Assembly: GCA_963745025.1 (NCBI GenBank)
Contig: CAVUWD010000013.1
Coordinates: 1 to 64,000, forward strand
Source: an uncultured delta proteobacterium
GTDB taxonomy: Bacteria; Desulfobacterota; Binatia; JACPRU01
Reading direction: 5' to 3'
Length of the DNA: 64,000 nucleotides
Shown here: in pieces, positions 39,901 to 49,623 of the stretch
How positions within the stretch are numbered: the stretch's first letter is position 1
Layout: every line of letters starts with the position of its first letter
The notes under the pieces: model-generated
The model's database searches: none
The model's input: only the letters and a program-made list of their open reading frames with translations
What the model was told of the DNA's origin: nothing
Made by a program: the position numbers and the translations under genes

Positions 39901-40072
39901 CAACGGCCACGGCCGAGGCGCCCGGGTAGGTCGCGGTCACGCGTATGTTCGGCGGGGCGAGGAATGGGTACTGCTCGATGCTCAGCCCCTTGAGGGTGAA
40001 GAGCCCCATGATCACCGTGATGATCGCGATGACGATCGCGACGATCGGCCGCCGGATGAAGAACTCTGCCAT
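36908..40072 (-). CDS. RND efflux permease, HAE1 (AcrB-like)
   Basis: FFIRRPI, GIVVDDAIVVVE, GLAAKNAILIVEFA, RFRPILMT proton-relay motifs; 1054 aa. Confidence 0.97.
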   Translation of the reverse strand: MAEFFIRRPIVAIVIAIITVIMGLFTLKGLSIEQYPFLAPPNIRVTATYPGASAVAVEQSVATPIEQEVNGVENMIYMKSSNTSDGRMQLDVNFTVGVNQDTANVLTQNRVSIAQARLPQEVIAQGVTVKKMSPSILMVISLYSPNGSYDANFLINYCGINLRDQLLRIPGIAQVDLFGGTDYGMRIWINPDKLAKLGLTPSDVISAIKEQNLQAPAGRVGMAPSPKDQEFTYTVAAPGRLVTTEEFDNIIIRETETGAIIRVKDVGRTELGSQDYNSFGRLNGKPGGAMAVYLLPGANQLKASEAIYETMKHAKEIFPPDLDYKIVYDTTPAVEASIESIVHTFFEAVVLVTLVVFVFLQNFRATFIPLVTVPVSLLGTFIFFPLLGFSVNTLSMFGLVLAIGIVVDDAIVVVEAVMHHIEHGLAPKEATQQAMKEVSGAVVGIALILSAVFIPVAFLGGLTGRMYQQFALTIAISVLLSAFNALSLSPALAAMLLKPHHAKTTGLLGKFYSLFNKAFDATTGGYVNWTRLLVRRATLTIVIVAGVAVGAGLFGSALPAGFVPDEDQGIMGINVTLPPASSLERTSAVLAKVEQIVEKTEGVESFQTVGGYGIVTSTYQPNFGTLFVRLKPWDERHSPELHVTGIMARLQKEFSRIPDAIIFPFNLPTISGFGAAAGFNFLLQDRSGTLSVDQLGALSRQFMEAARQRPEIGNLFTSFDPRYPQVKVDLDREKARLVGVPIDEVFQAMSAVLGGTYVNDFNRFGRLFRVYVQADSDYRRKADDIGKIYVRSKTTDQMVPLSTLVRISTQDGTELVTRFNMLRSVELQGASGRGYASGQTLAALEEVFAQTMPKEMGYAYSQMSYQEKVAPPAGPTFVLAIVFVFLLLAALYESWRLPWAVLLGSPLVALGSFFGVWLMGYDNNVFVQVGNIMLIGLAAKNAILIVEFAKAKHEEGMPVEEAALESARLRFRPILMTAFAFILGVVPLMIASGAGAGAQNVMGTAVFFGMLIATFMGVFLIPGNFAFVEGLGRKKGERVEVPAAAVPAHERAHS

Positions 40073-40086
40073 GGCCTGCTCCCGCC

Positions 40087-41290
40087 CTAGTGGCTCGCTG
40101 CCGGTTCTGCTTTGGCGCTCGTCGCCGCCTCTGCCGACTTCGGGTTGACGGTCGCGCCGTCGCGCACCTTCTGTAGGCCCTCGACGACGATTCGTTCTCC
40201 CGGCTTGAGGCCTTCGTTGATTACCCAGAGATCGCCGATGCGCGCACCGGCCTTGACCGTCCGCATGGCGACCTTGTTGTCGGCTCCGACCACCGCGACC
40301 TGATGGCTGCCCTGGAGCTCCTGCACGGCGCGCTGCGGCACGAGGAGGGCGCCTTGCCTGGTCTCGGTGGTCGCGCGCACCTTCGCGTACTGGCCGGGCC
40401 GCAAGAGATTGCGAGGGTTCGGGAAGAGGGCCACGATCGTCATGGTGCCGGTCTTTATCTCGACTTCGCGGTTGGCGACCGATGCCCTCCCTCGCTCCGG
40501 GTAGACGTTGCCGTCGGCAAGGATCAGCTCGAGCTTCGCCTCACGTGGCTTCGGGTTGTTGAGTTCGATGCCGTCCGCGAACCGCAGGTACTCTTGCTCG
40601 CTGATCGGGAACGAGACCTTGATCGGGTCGACCTGCGACACCGTCGTGAGCAGCGTGTTCTCGCTCACGAGGTCGCCGATTTGCGCGACGGCGATGCCCG
40701 CGATGCCATCGATGGGTGATTTGACCTGCGTCCAATCGAGGTTCAGCTGCGCCTTCTCGACCACGGCCCGAGCCGAGTCGACGGCCGCCTTGGCGGCGCG
40801 CCTCGCCTGAATGGCGTTGTCGAGCTCCTCCTGGCTGATCGCCTTCTCGGCGGCCAGCGGCGTATAGCGCGTGACGTCTTGCTCCGTCTTGGTCCGTATG
40901 GCTTCGTCGCGCCCGAGGTCGCCCTTGGCCTGATCGAGCGCCGCTTGATACGGCCGCGGATCGATCAGGAACAGCAGGTCGCCGGCGCGGACGAGGGTGC
41001 CTTCCTGGTAGCTGCGTTGCTGCAGATAACCCTGAACGCGGGCTCGAATCTGAGCTGTGATGTTGCCCTCGGTGGTGCCGACCCACTCGGCGAAAATGGG
41101 CACGTCCTTTTGGATCACTTCGGCGACGACGACGTCCGGGGGCGGGGGTGGAGGCGGCGCGGACTTGGCTGCACGCAGAGAGTGTGAGCGCTACGACGAC
41201 CGCGGCTTTGAAGACGGCAATCTCCAAGGGGCCGCGATCGGCAGCGGGAATCGCTTCGACCGTCGCACGGCCGATTCTTCGGCTTGTCAT
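40087..41290 (-). CDS. RND periplasmic adaptor (MFP); one frameshift near 41168
   Basis: Lipobox LSA-C lies in ORF 40541-41443; IRARVQGYL, IDPRPYQAAL, SPIDG and GLKPGERIVVEG lie in ORF 40087-41118. Confidence 0.9.
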
Positions 41291-41884
41291 TCGTGATGCT
41301 CCTTGCCCACCAGATCCCGGATGGGCTTCGTGGCCTCCATCGAGGTGAGCAAGACGCAATCCCTCCAGAGCGGGTGATGGATTCCCCCGCATTCTCAGGG
41401 AATTTCTTCGCTCCTCCAGTGGGGTGCTGGTCGTCCCGGGCACTCGCCCCCGAGATTTGGGAGACGAGCGGATCGGTCGGAGCCATTTCTACTTGTACCA
41501 TTTGTCTTTCCACTCGCACCTCGCACCGATGCTCGGCGCTCCTCTAGCAATCGCGGGGGATTCTCGCTAGCCCCGCTTCCTCAGTAGGCGTAGCTCGTCC
41601 CAGACCTTCTTGCCGATGAGTTCTCGCCCCTCCTCAAAGGCCGGTGAACAGCAGCACCACGGAGCGCGACTCGGCCCGATAGGTACGACCCGGAATGAAC
41701 TGCGCCGTTCGCCAAGACGGCATCGCGGTAAACCTGGCGCTCGTGACGTGGCCTGCGCCAGGCGCGAGCCCGCCGCGTTTCGCCCCACCGGATAATTTCG
41801 CTTCGGGGCTATCATGACATCTTCGCCGCTATGCCACTCGATTCGAGGCTTTCGTCAAGGCGCGGATCGTGCCAAATCGAGGGC

Positions 41885-43200
41885 ATGGTGAGCTATAACC
41901 AGCCGCTGGGCGATGCCTCGCTCATCGCCTGCCCGGACTGCGACCTACTGCAGCGCCTACCCGAGCTCGCGCCGGGCGCGTCGGCGCGCTGTCCGCGCTG
42001 CGACAAGGAGCTCTGGCGCCGCCGCGAGGACTCGCTCAACCGCACGCTCGCGCTGGCGACTCGCGGCCGCGGTTCTCTACGTGGTCGCGAACTCCGTGCC
42101 GATGCTCGGCCTGACCGTCGTCGGGCGCGAGGCCTCCACCACGGTCGCCGGCGGCGCGCAGCAGCTCTGGCACGACGGCCACGAGATCGTCGCCGTGCTG
42201 GTGCTCTTCACCGCGGTCGTCGCGCCGGCGCTGCAGATCGGCTTCATGCTCGCGATCGTGCTCGGGGCCCGGCGCCAGCGCCCGCCGGAAGTGGGTCGGC
42301 GACGCTGCTCCGCCATCACCCGACGGCCTCGCACCTGGAGCATGATCGAGGTGATGATGCTCGGCGTGCTGGTCGCGCTCATCAAGATCGCCGACTACGC
42401 GACGGTGATCCCGGGGCTGGCGCTGTTCGCGCTCGGCGCGCTGATCTTCCTGCTCGCCGCGATCCAGGCGAGCTTCGACCCCCGGGAGGTGTGGGACCGG
42501 GTCGAGTGGGCGGAGACGGAAGCGCGACGCGCGACGTCGCCTGGGCGCAGTGATCGAGGCGCCGTCGTGAGCGCGACCGCGATGCAGCACGGCCTGCAGG
42601 GCTGCGAGGTCTGCGGCCTGCTCTCGCGCCCGGCGCCGGGCGAGAGCGAAGGACGCTGCCCGCGCTGCGACGAGGAGCTCGTCTTCCGCAAGCCCGCGAG
42701 CCTCCAGCGCACCTGGGCGCTTCTGATCGCCGCCGCGATCTGCTACGTGCCGGCGAACCTGCTTCCGGTGCTGACGACGATCACCGCCGCGGGCGCGCGA
42801 GTCCGACACCATCCTGCAAGGCGTCGTGCTCCTCTGGTCGCCGACCGGGTGGCCGCTGTCGCTCATCGTGCTGTTCGCCAGCATCATGATCCCGAGCGCC
42901 AAGATCGTGGCGCTCGGCTACCTGCTGGTCACCGTGCAGCGCGGCTCGATCGAGAACAACGAGCAGCGCATCCGGCTCTACCGCATGGTCGAGCTCATCG
43001 GACGCTGGTCGATGGTCGACGTGTTCGTCGACACCTTCACCGCCGCGCTCGTGCAGCTCCAGCCGCTCATGTCGGTCGAGCCGGCGCCCGGTCTGTTCTT
43101 CTTCGCGGCGGTCGTGGTGCTGACGATGCTCGCCGTCGAGTCCTTCGATCCCCGCCTGATCTGGGACCCGGCCAGCTCGCGAGAGGTCCGACATGCCTGA
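41885..43200 (+). CDS. pqiA: PqiA membrane protein (two PqiA domains, fused or two genes), frameshifted
   Basis: CPDCD..CPRC, WSMIEV, a second C..C..CPRC, YVPANLLP, IGRWSMVDVF, SFDPRLIWD; frame breaks near 42060, 42290-42330 and 42798. Confidence 0.9.
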
Positions 43201-44764
43201 TCCGAATACGCCGCCCGGCGTCCCCGAGTCGCGGACGGTCGTCAAGAAGAAGACGCGGCTCTCGCTCGTCTGGATCGTGCCGATCGTCGCCGCGCTCGTC
43301 GGCGCCTGGGTCGCCGTGACGAGGATCCTGAGCGAGGGGCCGACGATCACGATCGTCTTCAAGTCCGCCGAGGGCCTCGAGGCCGGCAAGACCAAGATCC
43401 ACTACAACGGCGTCGACGTCGGCACCATCACGACGATCCGGCTCTCGGACGACCACCAGCGGGTGATCGCCACGGCGCAGATGGCTCCAAAGACGGAGGA
43501 CTTCCTGGTCGAGGACACGAAGTTCTGGGTCGTGCGACCGCGCGATCTCCGGCGCCACCGTCTCCGGGCTGGGCACCCTCATCTCCGGGGCCTACATCGG
43601 CATGGAGATCGGCAGCTCGCACAAGAAGAAGCGCGAGTTCGTGGCGCTCGACACGCCACCGGTCGTGACCAGCGACGTCCCGGGCCGCTTCTTCGTGCTG
43701 AAGACGCCGGACCTCGGCTCGCTCGACAACGGCACGCCGATCTTCTTCCGGCGGCTGCAGGTCGGCGAGGTCGCGTCGTACGAGCTCGACAAGGACGGCC
43801 AGTCCTTGAGCGTCAAGGTGTTCGTGAACGCGCCCTACGACCAGTACGTCAACCCGGACACGCGCTTCTGGCACGCGAGCGGGATCGACGTGTCGCTCTC
43901 CGCGAGCGGCCTCAACGTGCAGACGCAGTCGGTGCTCTCGCATCCTGATCGGCGGCATCGCCTTCGAGACGCCCGCCACCGGTGCGGTCCTGCCGGCCGG
44001 CCGACGCGAACACGGTCTTCACCCTGTTCCGCGACCGCACCCACGCCTTCAAGCCGCCCGCCTCGCGATCCGCAGACGTTCGTGCTCGTCTTCAAGCAAT
44101 CGGTCCGCGGGCTTGCACCGGGCGCACCGGTGGAGTTCCGCGGCATCCCGATCGGCGAGGTCGTGGAGGTCGACCGCCCAGGTCGATGCGAAGACCGTGG
44201 AGTTCTCCGTGCCGGTGACGGTCCGCGTGGACGCGCAGAGGCTCGGAGTCAAGCTCCTGAACGCGCCCTCGCCGGAGGTCTTCGAAGCCGCGCGGAGAAA
44301 GATGATCGACACCATGGTCTCGCGTGGCTTCCGTGCACAGCTGCGCACGGGGAACCTGCTGACCGGGGCGCTGTTCGTGGCGTTCGATGCGTTTCCCGAC
44401 GCGCCGCCGGCGACGGTCGACTGGTCGCAGACACCGCCACAGCTGCCGACCATTCCGGGGGAGCTCGAGGCGATCGAGGCGAGCATCGTCAAGATCATCA
44501 AGAAGTTCGACAAGCTGCCCATCGAGGCGATCGGAGCCGAAGCCCAGAAAGCACTCGTCGATCTCCGAGGTACGCTTGCATCCGCGAACGCGCACGCTCG
44601 ACACGGCGGACAAGACCATCGCGCCGAACTCGGCGCTCAGCAACGAGCTGATCGGAGCCCTGGGAGAGGTGAGCGGCGCCGCGCGGGCAGTGCGCGTGCT
44701 CGCGGACTATCTCGAGCGTCATCCCGAGTCGCTCCTGCGCGGCAAGAGCGGGGAGGCCAAGTGA
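43193..44764 (+). CDS. pqiB: PqiB multi-MCE-domain protein, several frameshifts
   Basis: SLVWIVP, AEGLEAGKTKI, SVRGLAPGAPVEFRG, LRTGNLLTG and YLERHPESLLRGK distributed over alternating frames. Confidence 0.9.
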
Positions 44765-45363
44765 TCGCATATCGTCGCATTGCACAGCTGCTCTCGGTCG
44801 CGCTTGTGGCCACGACCGTAACTGCTTGTGGGCCCTCCGCGACGGCACGGTTCTACACCCTCACCTCCACGGCGACGGCGGAGGGTACGCCAGCTGCGAA
44901 CTACGCGGTCGCGGTCGGGCCGGTCTCCGTCCCGGGTTACGTCGACCGCCCCGAGTTCGTGGTGCAGGTCGCGCAGAACCGCGTCGAGCTCGAAGAGTTC
45001 GACCGCTGGGCCGCTCCGCTCGACGACGGAATCGCTCGCGTCGTCGCGGGCGACCTCGCCACCCTGCTCGGCACGACCCAGGTCGCCGCGGCCCCGTTGC
45101 CGCCGGGCTTCGCCCCCGCCTATCAGGTGACGATCGACGTCCAGCGATTCGAGTCGACGCCGGGCCAGGGTGTGCTGATCGATGCCGTCTGGGTAGTACG
45201 GAAATCGGCGGGCGGCGATCCTCGCATGGGCCGCACGGTTGCCAGCGAAAGCGCCGGAGGCGAGGGTTTCGAGGCGCTCGCCGCCGCGCACAGCCGCGCC
45301 CTCGCGAAGCTGAGCGCCGATATCGCGGCTGCGATCCGAGCGGCGGCCTCGATGAAGCCATAG
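44761..45363 (+). CDS. pqiC: PqiC outer-membrane lipoprotein
   Basis: GTG start overlapping the pqiB stop; lipobox VTA-C; RFYTL, VGPVSVPGYVDRP, RWAAPL, DVQRFE. Confidence 0.9.
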   Translation: MIAYRRIAQLLSVALVATTVTACGPSATARFYTLTSTATAEGTPAANYAVAVGPVSVPGYVDRPEFVVQVAQNRVELEEFDRWAAPLDDGIARVVAGDLATLLGTTQVAAAPLPPGFAPAYQVTIDVQRFESTPGQGVLIDAVWVVRKSAGGDPRMGRTVASESAGGEGFEALAAAHSRALAKLSADIAAAIRAAASMKP

Positions 45364-45558
45364 GGGCCTGCTGACGAACGAAACGAGAGCGGAGTCGGCG
45401 CGGACGGCGAAGAGTCCCAACCAAGCCAGCCCTCATCGACCCCGCGCATACCGCCGCTTCGGTTGTTTCGTCGTGACTAGTTGCAGATATTGCGAAAACC
45501 GATAGGAAGCCAAAAAACAGCGGGTAGAATTCGCTCAACCAACGAAAGGGAGGAACGA

Positions 45559-46159
45559 ATGAAGACCACGATTGGAAAAGGCCTCGCACTCGCGGCCATC
45601 GCCGCGTCGATCGCCGGCTTCGCACCCAAGGCGATCGCGGCAGACGCCGCGCCGTCGGCGAAGGTCACCAGCGGGAAGGTGGGCGGAACCGTCACGGTGA
45701 CGGCGACGGTCGAGGACGTCGACGTCGCCAAGCGGGTCGTCAAGCTGAAGGACGAGAACGGGGAGGTCACCGAGCTTCAGGTTCCCGAAGGAAGTGAGGA
45801 ACTTGCCACAGGTCAAGAAGGGCGACCTGGTCGTAGCGACTTATCACGAGGCGGTCGCCTACGAGGTGTTCAAAGCCGGGACAGAGATGCCGGGCGGGCA
45901 AGGCTCGGTGGTCACCGAAAGGGCCAAGCTTGGGGAGAAGCCGCACGCCGGCGTCGCGGAGATTTCGTCCGTGACGGCCACGATTCAAGCGATCGACAAG
46001 GCGACCTCGAAAGTCACGTTGAAGGGGCCCGAGGGCAACGAAGTCACCGTGAAGGTCAAGGACCCGAAGAAGCTCGAGGGTGTGAACGTCGGCGATCAGG
46101 TCCAGCTCACCTACACCCGCGCGCTGGCGATCTCCGTGCGTCCGGCACCGAAGAAGTGA
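45559..46159 (+). CDS. Exported protein with two OB-fold-like repeats; frameshift near 45790
   Basis: GGAGG RBS, signal peptide; two TATV..ID....VTLK..G...GD.V...Y..A.A units split between ORFs 45481 and 45794. Confidence 0.8.
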
Positions 46160-46200
46160 TCGGACCGAAGTTCGAGCCGGCGGCGAACGAGGAGTCGACG

Positions 46201-46695
46201 ATGTACCGAGTGAAGAGAGCCTTCCTCGGCGCAGCGCTGGGTCTCGCAGCGGTCGTTTTCGCGGCCGGAACCGCCGCTGCGCAGCCCTACATCTATCCTG
46301 CCAAGGGGCAGTCGCCCGCGCAGCAGCAGAAGGACGAGGGGGAATGCCGCAGCTGGGCAATGCAGCAGCCCGGCGCGCAACCGCCGCCTCCTCCGGCGCC
46401 CCCGCCGAGCGCGCCGCAGGGCCCGCAGGGTCACGTGGTTCGGGGTGGCGCGAGGGGCGCGGCGCTGGGCGCCGTCGGCGGCGCGATCGCCGGAGACGCG
46501 GGCAAGGGAGCCGCGGCGGGTGCGGCGATGGGAGGAATGATGGGAGGCTTCAAACACATCGATCAGCAACGCGCGGCCCAGCAGTCCCAGCAGAGCTACT
46601 ACCAGGCGCAGTCCCAGGCCCAAGCGCGGGCCAACGCGTCGTACGAGCGCGCCCTTGCCGCCTGCCTCGAGGGCCGCGGCTACACGGTCAAATAG
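46201..46695 (+). CDS. Exported glycine-zipper (YMGG-like) protein
   Basis: GAGGAG RBS; YPAKGQS..QQ.KD..EC..WA, GxxxG zipper, ACLEGRGYTVK. Confidence 0.88.
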   Translation: MYRVKRAFLGAALGLAAVVFAAGTAAAQPYIYPAKGQSPAQQQKDEGECRSWAMQQPGAQPPPPPAPPPSAPQGPQGHVVRGGARGAALGAVGGAIAGDAGKGAAAGAAMGGMMGGFKHIDQQRAAQQSQQSYYQAQSQAQARANASYERALAACLEGRGYTVK

Positions 46696-46713
46696 AGCCG
46701 CGAGGGGAGATCG

Positions 46714-47109
46714 ATGCGAAGCGTCATTATGTTCGGTGCGTTGGTCGGGCTCGGTCTGGCTTCTTCGGCTCTTGCGGCTCGCGCCTTCGATGGCTCGGTG
46801 CCCCTGATCTGCGCCGTCACGTCGATGTTCGATTGCACGCGCGAGGCGGGATGCGAGCGCCAAGTTCCGGGCGAGGGCGAGGAGCTCTGGCGGGTCAACG
46901 TGGAGAAGCGCGTCGTCAGCAACCTCGATGGCGCCCGCAGCTCGCCCATCAACACGGTCGAGCACAAGGACGGGCAGCTCCTCCTGCAAGGCATTCAGAA
47001 CGGGTGGGCGTGGAGCCTCGTGCTCTACGAGGAGACCGGCCGCATGTCGGCAGGAATCGCCGACGCCGACGGTGTCATCGTGATCTCGGGCGGTTGCGCC
47101 GCTCCGTGA
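46714..47109 (+). CDS. Exported small beta-barrel-like protein with 4 Cys
   Basis: Signal peptide; FDGS.PLICA, LLLQG...WS, GGC. Confidence 0.75.
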   Translation: MRSVIMFGALVGLGLASSALAARAFDGSVPLICAVTSMFDCTREAGCERQVPGEGEELWRVNVEKRVVSNLDGARSSPINTVEHKDGQLLLQGIQNGWAWSLVLYEETGRMSAGIADADGVIVISGGCAAP

Positions 47110-47139
47110 GACGATGCTCCCTCTCGACGTGCTATCTCC

Positions 47140-47901
47140 ATGAGTTTCGTTCTCAGAACTCTGCTGTTCGATCTCGGCCTGTTCCTCGGCATGCTGCTCC
47201 TCCTCGAAATCGGCCGGCGGATCGCCGAGAATCGCGGGGCAGCACCCTCGGGCGCCGGCGTGGTGGACGGGGCGGTCTTCGGCTTGCTCGGCTTGCTCAT
47301 CGCGTTCACCTTCTCGGCGGCGGCCTCGCGCTTCGACACGCGACGGCACCTGGTCGTCGAGGAGGCAAACGCGATCGGCACCGCGTACCTGCGGCTCGAT
47401 CTGCTGCCGGAGAGCGCACGGCCGGCGCTGCGCGAGAGCTTCCGCCGCTACGTGGATTCGCGGCTCGCGGTCTACCGGAAATTGCCGGACGTTCAGGCGG
47501 CGAAAGAGGAGCTGGCCCGATCCACGAGCTTGCAAGGCGAGATCTGGGCGCAGGCGGTGGCCGCCTGCCGCACGGACGCTCCTCCCTCCGCGGCCATGCT
47601 GCTGCTACCCGCGCTGAACGAGATGATCGACATCACGACCGTGCGGACGGTGGCGGCTCTGACGCACTCGCCGGTGATCATCTTCGCGATCCTCGCCGCG
47701 CTGGCGCTCGCCAGCTCGCTGCTCGCCGGCCACGGCATGGCGGGGTCCGGCAGGCGGAGCTGGCTTCACATGCTAGTGTTCGCGGCCACGATGTCGATGA
47801 CCCTATACGTCATCCTCGACCTCGAATTTCCGCGGCTCGGGTTGATCCGCCTCGATGCGTTCGACCACGTCCTGGTCGAAGTGCGTGAAAGCATGAAGTG
47901 A
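47140..47901 (+). CDS. DUF4239 (bestrophin-like) membrane protein
   Basis: GAVFGLLGLLIAFTF, EANAIGTAYLRLDLLP, ILDLEFPRLGLIR. Confidence 0.85.
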   Translation: MSFVLRTLLFDLGLFLGMLLLLEIGRRIAENRGAAPSGAGVVDGAVFGLLGLLIAFTFSAAASRFDTRRHLVVEEANAIGTAYLRLDLLPESARPALRESFRRYVDSRLAVYRKLPDVQAAKEELARSTSLQGEIWAQAVAACRTDAPPSAAMLLLPALNEMIDITTVRTVAALTHSPVIIFAILAALALASSLLAGHGMAGSGRRSWLHMLVFAATMSMTLYVILDLEFPRLGLIRLDAFDHVLVEVRESMK

Positions 47902-47930
47902 CCGGGCAGGATGGGGAGGGCACGTGAAGC

Positions 47931-48352
47931 TTGACGATCAGCTTGATGGTGTTCGCGTGCGTTTTTGGCGGTGCGCTGTTTGGCATGCTGCTTCGCGCCG
48001 CTCTGCCCGAGCATCATCTCAATAGCGATTCCAAAGACATCGTGAAGCGCAGACCCAGGCATTGAATATTGCGGTTGGTGTCGGTCAAACGCGCTGGTCG
48101 ATGTACGAACAGGGAACCACTTCGGTTTCGGTGCCTTTGCTGGTCGTACTGGTCCTGTGGCTCACCCTCATTCTCGGCAGTTTTGGACTCTTCGCTCCTG
48201 CCAACGGCACCGTGATCACCAGCTTGTGCCTCTCCGCGCTGTCGGTTTCGGGCGCGATCTTCCTGATCCTGGAGATGTACTCTCCCTATTCGGGGGTGAT
48301 CCAGGTCTCCAGCGCCCCGCTGCGCGCCGCCCTCGCCCACCTCGGCCAGTAG
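47931..48352 (+). pseudogene. Second DUF4239-type gene with a large internal deletion
   Basis: N-terminus ISLMVFACVFGGALFGMLLRAALPEHHLNSDSKDIVK joins out of frame near 48047 to the C-terminus QALNIAVGVGQTRW...SSAPLRAALAHLGQ. Confidence 0.75.
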
Positions 48353-48358
48353 CCGCTT

Positions 48359-49282
48359 CTATCTCCAGGGTCGCCACCCGGGAAAGGCGATAGTCAACCC
48401 GAATCGAATGGTCGTTTGAGGAGCCACCGGCGCGAACTGGCGATAGGCCATCCATTCGCCGGTCACGAAGACGTTGATCGGCGGCAACCCCTCGCGAACC
48501 GTCACGTGCCCGATCCCGAAGCTGAGCGGCAACAGCGTCGCGGTGTGATGCTGCCAACTGATCGTCCAGCTGGCGTCGCCGGATTTCACATAGAAGCCCC
48601 GCCCGACGTACGCGAGCAAGATCGGTTGAATCGCGAGCACGCTCGTCCTCCTGCTATCCGGGGAGGTGTAGGCGAACGAGATCGGGTTCTGGATCAGGCC
48701 CCCCAGCAGGATGCCCGGGATGCCTTTGTAGATCGCCCCAAACCCGGGACCGACTTGCCACGAGCCCTGCCCCGCGGATTTGTCCGTCGCGGTTGGAAAG
48801 GAGAACACCGGCCCAACGCCCATCATCAGGCCGGTCTCCCTGCCGGGCCACGGGAGCACGGCGAAGTCGAAGAGCTGCATGTCGCCGAACTCGGTACGTG
48901 TAGCGCTGCCTCTGCCGGTCGGCACCGTCACCAGTTGGAAAGTCGGTCGGACGAGCTGGACGAACGGAAGCAGAGAGAAGCTCGGAATGCGTGGAATGAT
49001 CGCCCGCGCAATCACTCGGTTGGTCTGGGCGTCCGTGCCGTAGTTCGCTGGCGTGTATGCGTCCTGAATGAAGATTTGCGGCAGGGTCGTGAGCGGATCG
49101 GTGAACTCCCGAGCGAGCTTGGAGGTGTCACTGCCTACCTCCTCGTCCTGTGCGGAGGTGTCACTACCTCCCCCCTCGTTCTGTGCGGCGGTGTCGCTGC
49201 CTCCCGCCTCGTTCTGTGCGAAGGCGGTTGAGGCACAAGAGAGCATCAAGCCAATCAACAGCGCGTGGGTCAGGCGGGGCAT
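48359..49282 (-). CDS. Putative outer-membrane beta-barrel (family often mislabelled neuromedin U)
   Basis: Signal peptide; LA....DPL, FGD, GVGPVFSFPTATD...G.G.W.VGP, terminal RFGLTIAFP. Confidence 0.75.
   Translation of the reverse strand: MPRLTHALLIGLMLSCASTAFAQNEAGGSDTAAQNEGGGSDTSAQDEEVGSDTSKLAREFTDPLTTLPQIFIQDAYTPANYGTDAQTNRVIARAIIPRIPSFSLLPFVQLVRPTFQLVTVPTGRGSATRTEFGDMQLFDFAVLPWPGRETGLMMGVGPVFSFPTATDKSAGQGSWQVGPGFGAIYKGIPGILLGGLIQNPISFAYTSPDSRRTSVLAIQPILLAYVGRGFYVKSGDASWTISWQHHTATLLPLSFGIGHVTVREGLPPINVFVTGEWMAYRQFAPVAPQTTIRFGLTIAFPGWRPWR
49121..49219 (-). repeat. Three 33-bp coding tandem repeats (AQNExGGSDTx)
   Basis: Units at 49121-49153, 49154-49186 and 49187-49219. Confidence 0.85.
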
Positions 49283-49623
49283 ACTTACCTCAGTGTGCAA
49301 GCAGCGATCCAACGGGGCTTGGTAAGTTGCGCTATTCTTTCGATTGGCATGCCTCTGAAATGGCGGAATCTCCTCCGACCGGCAACAACGTCAAGGTCGA
49401 CCTCACCTTCCGCGGCCCCTCGTCGGCTTCGGCGGGCGATTCTGACGCGGCTACCGGAGCGCGCAAGGGGGCTCTTGGCTTTCTTGCCTTCGATCTGCAC
49501 GCCGCGTGCGGGCCGGCAGCCGTCGGTAGGCCGTGAGGCTTGCATGTCGCCCCGCGGGATGATTCGAAAGGCAGGGGGCGGTGGGGTTCTGGCTGCGCGC
49601 GAATGGGAACAGGAGGGCTCTGA

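Noticed and set aside
49121-49219. 33-bp repeats as a possible CRISPR array
   Set aside because: The units are contiguous and in-frame coding, with no spacers and no cas genes.
49378-49535. Protein-like stretch TGNNVKVDLTFRGP in an intergenic region
   Set aside because: It may be a relic, but it is too short to assign and has no convincing start.
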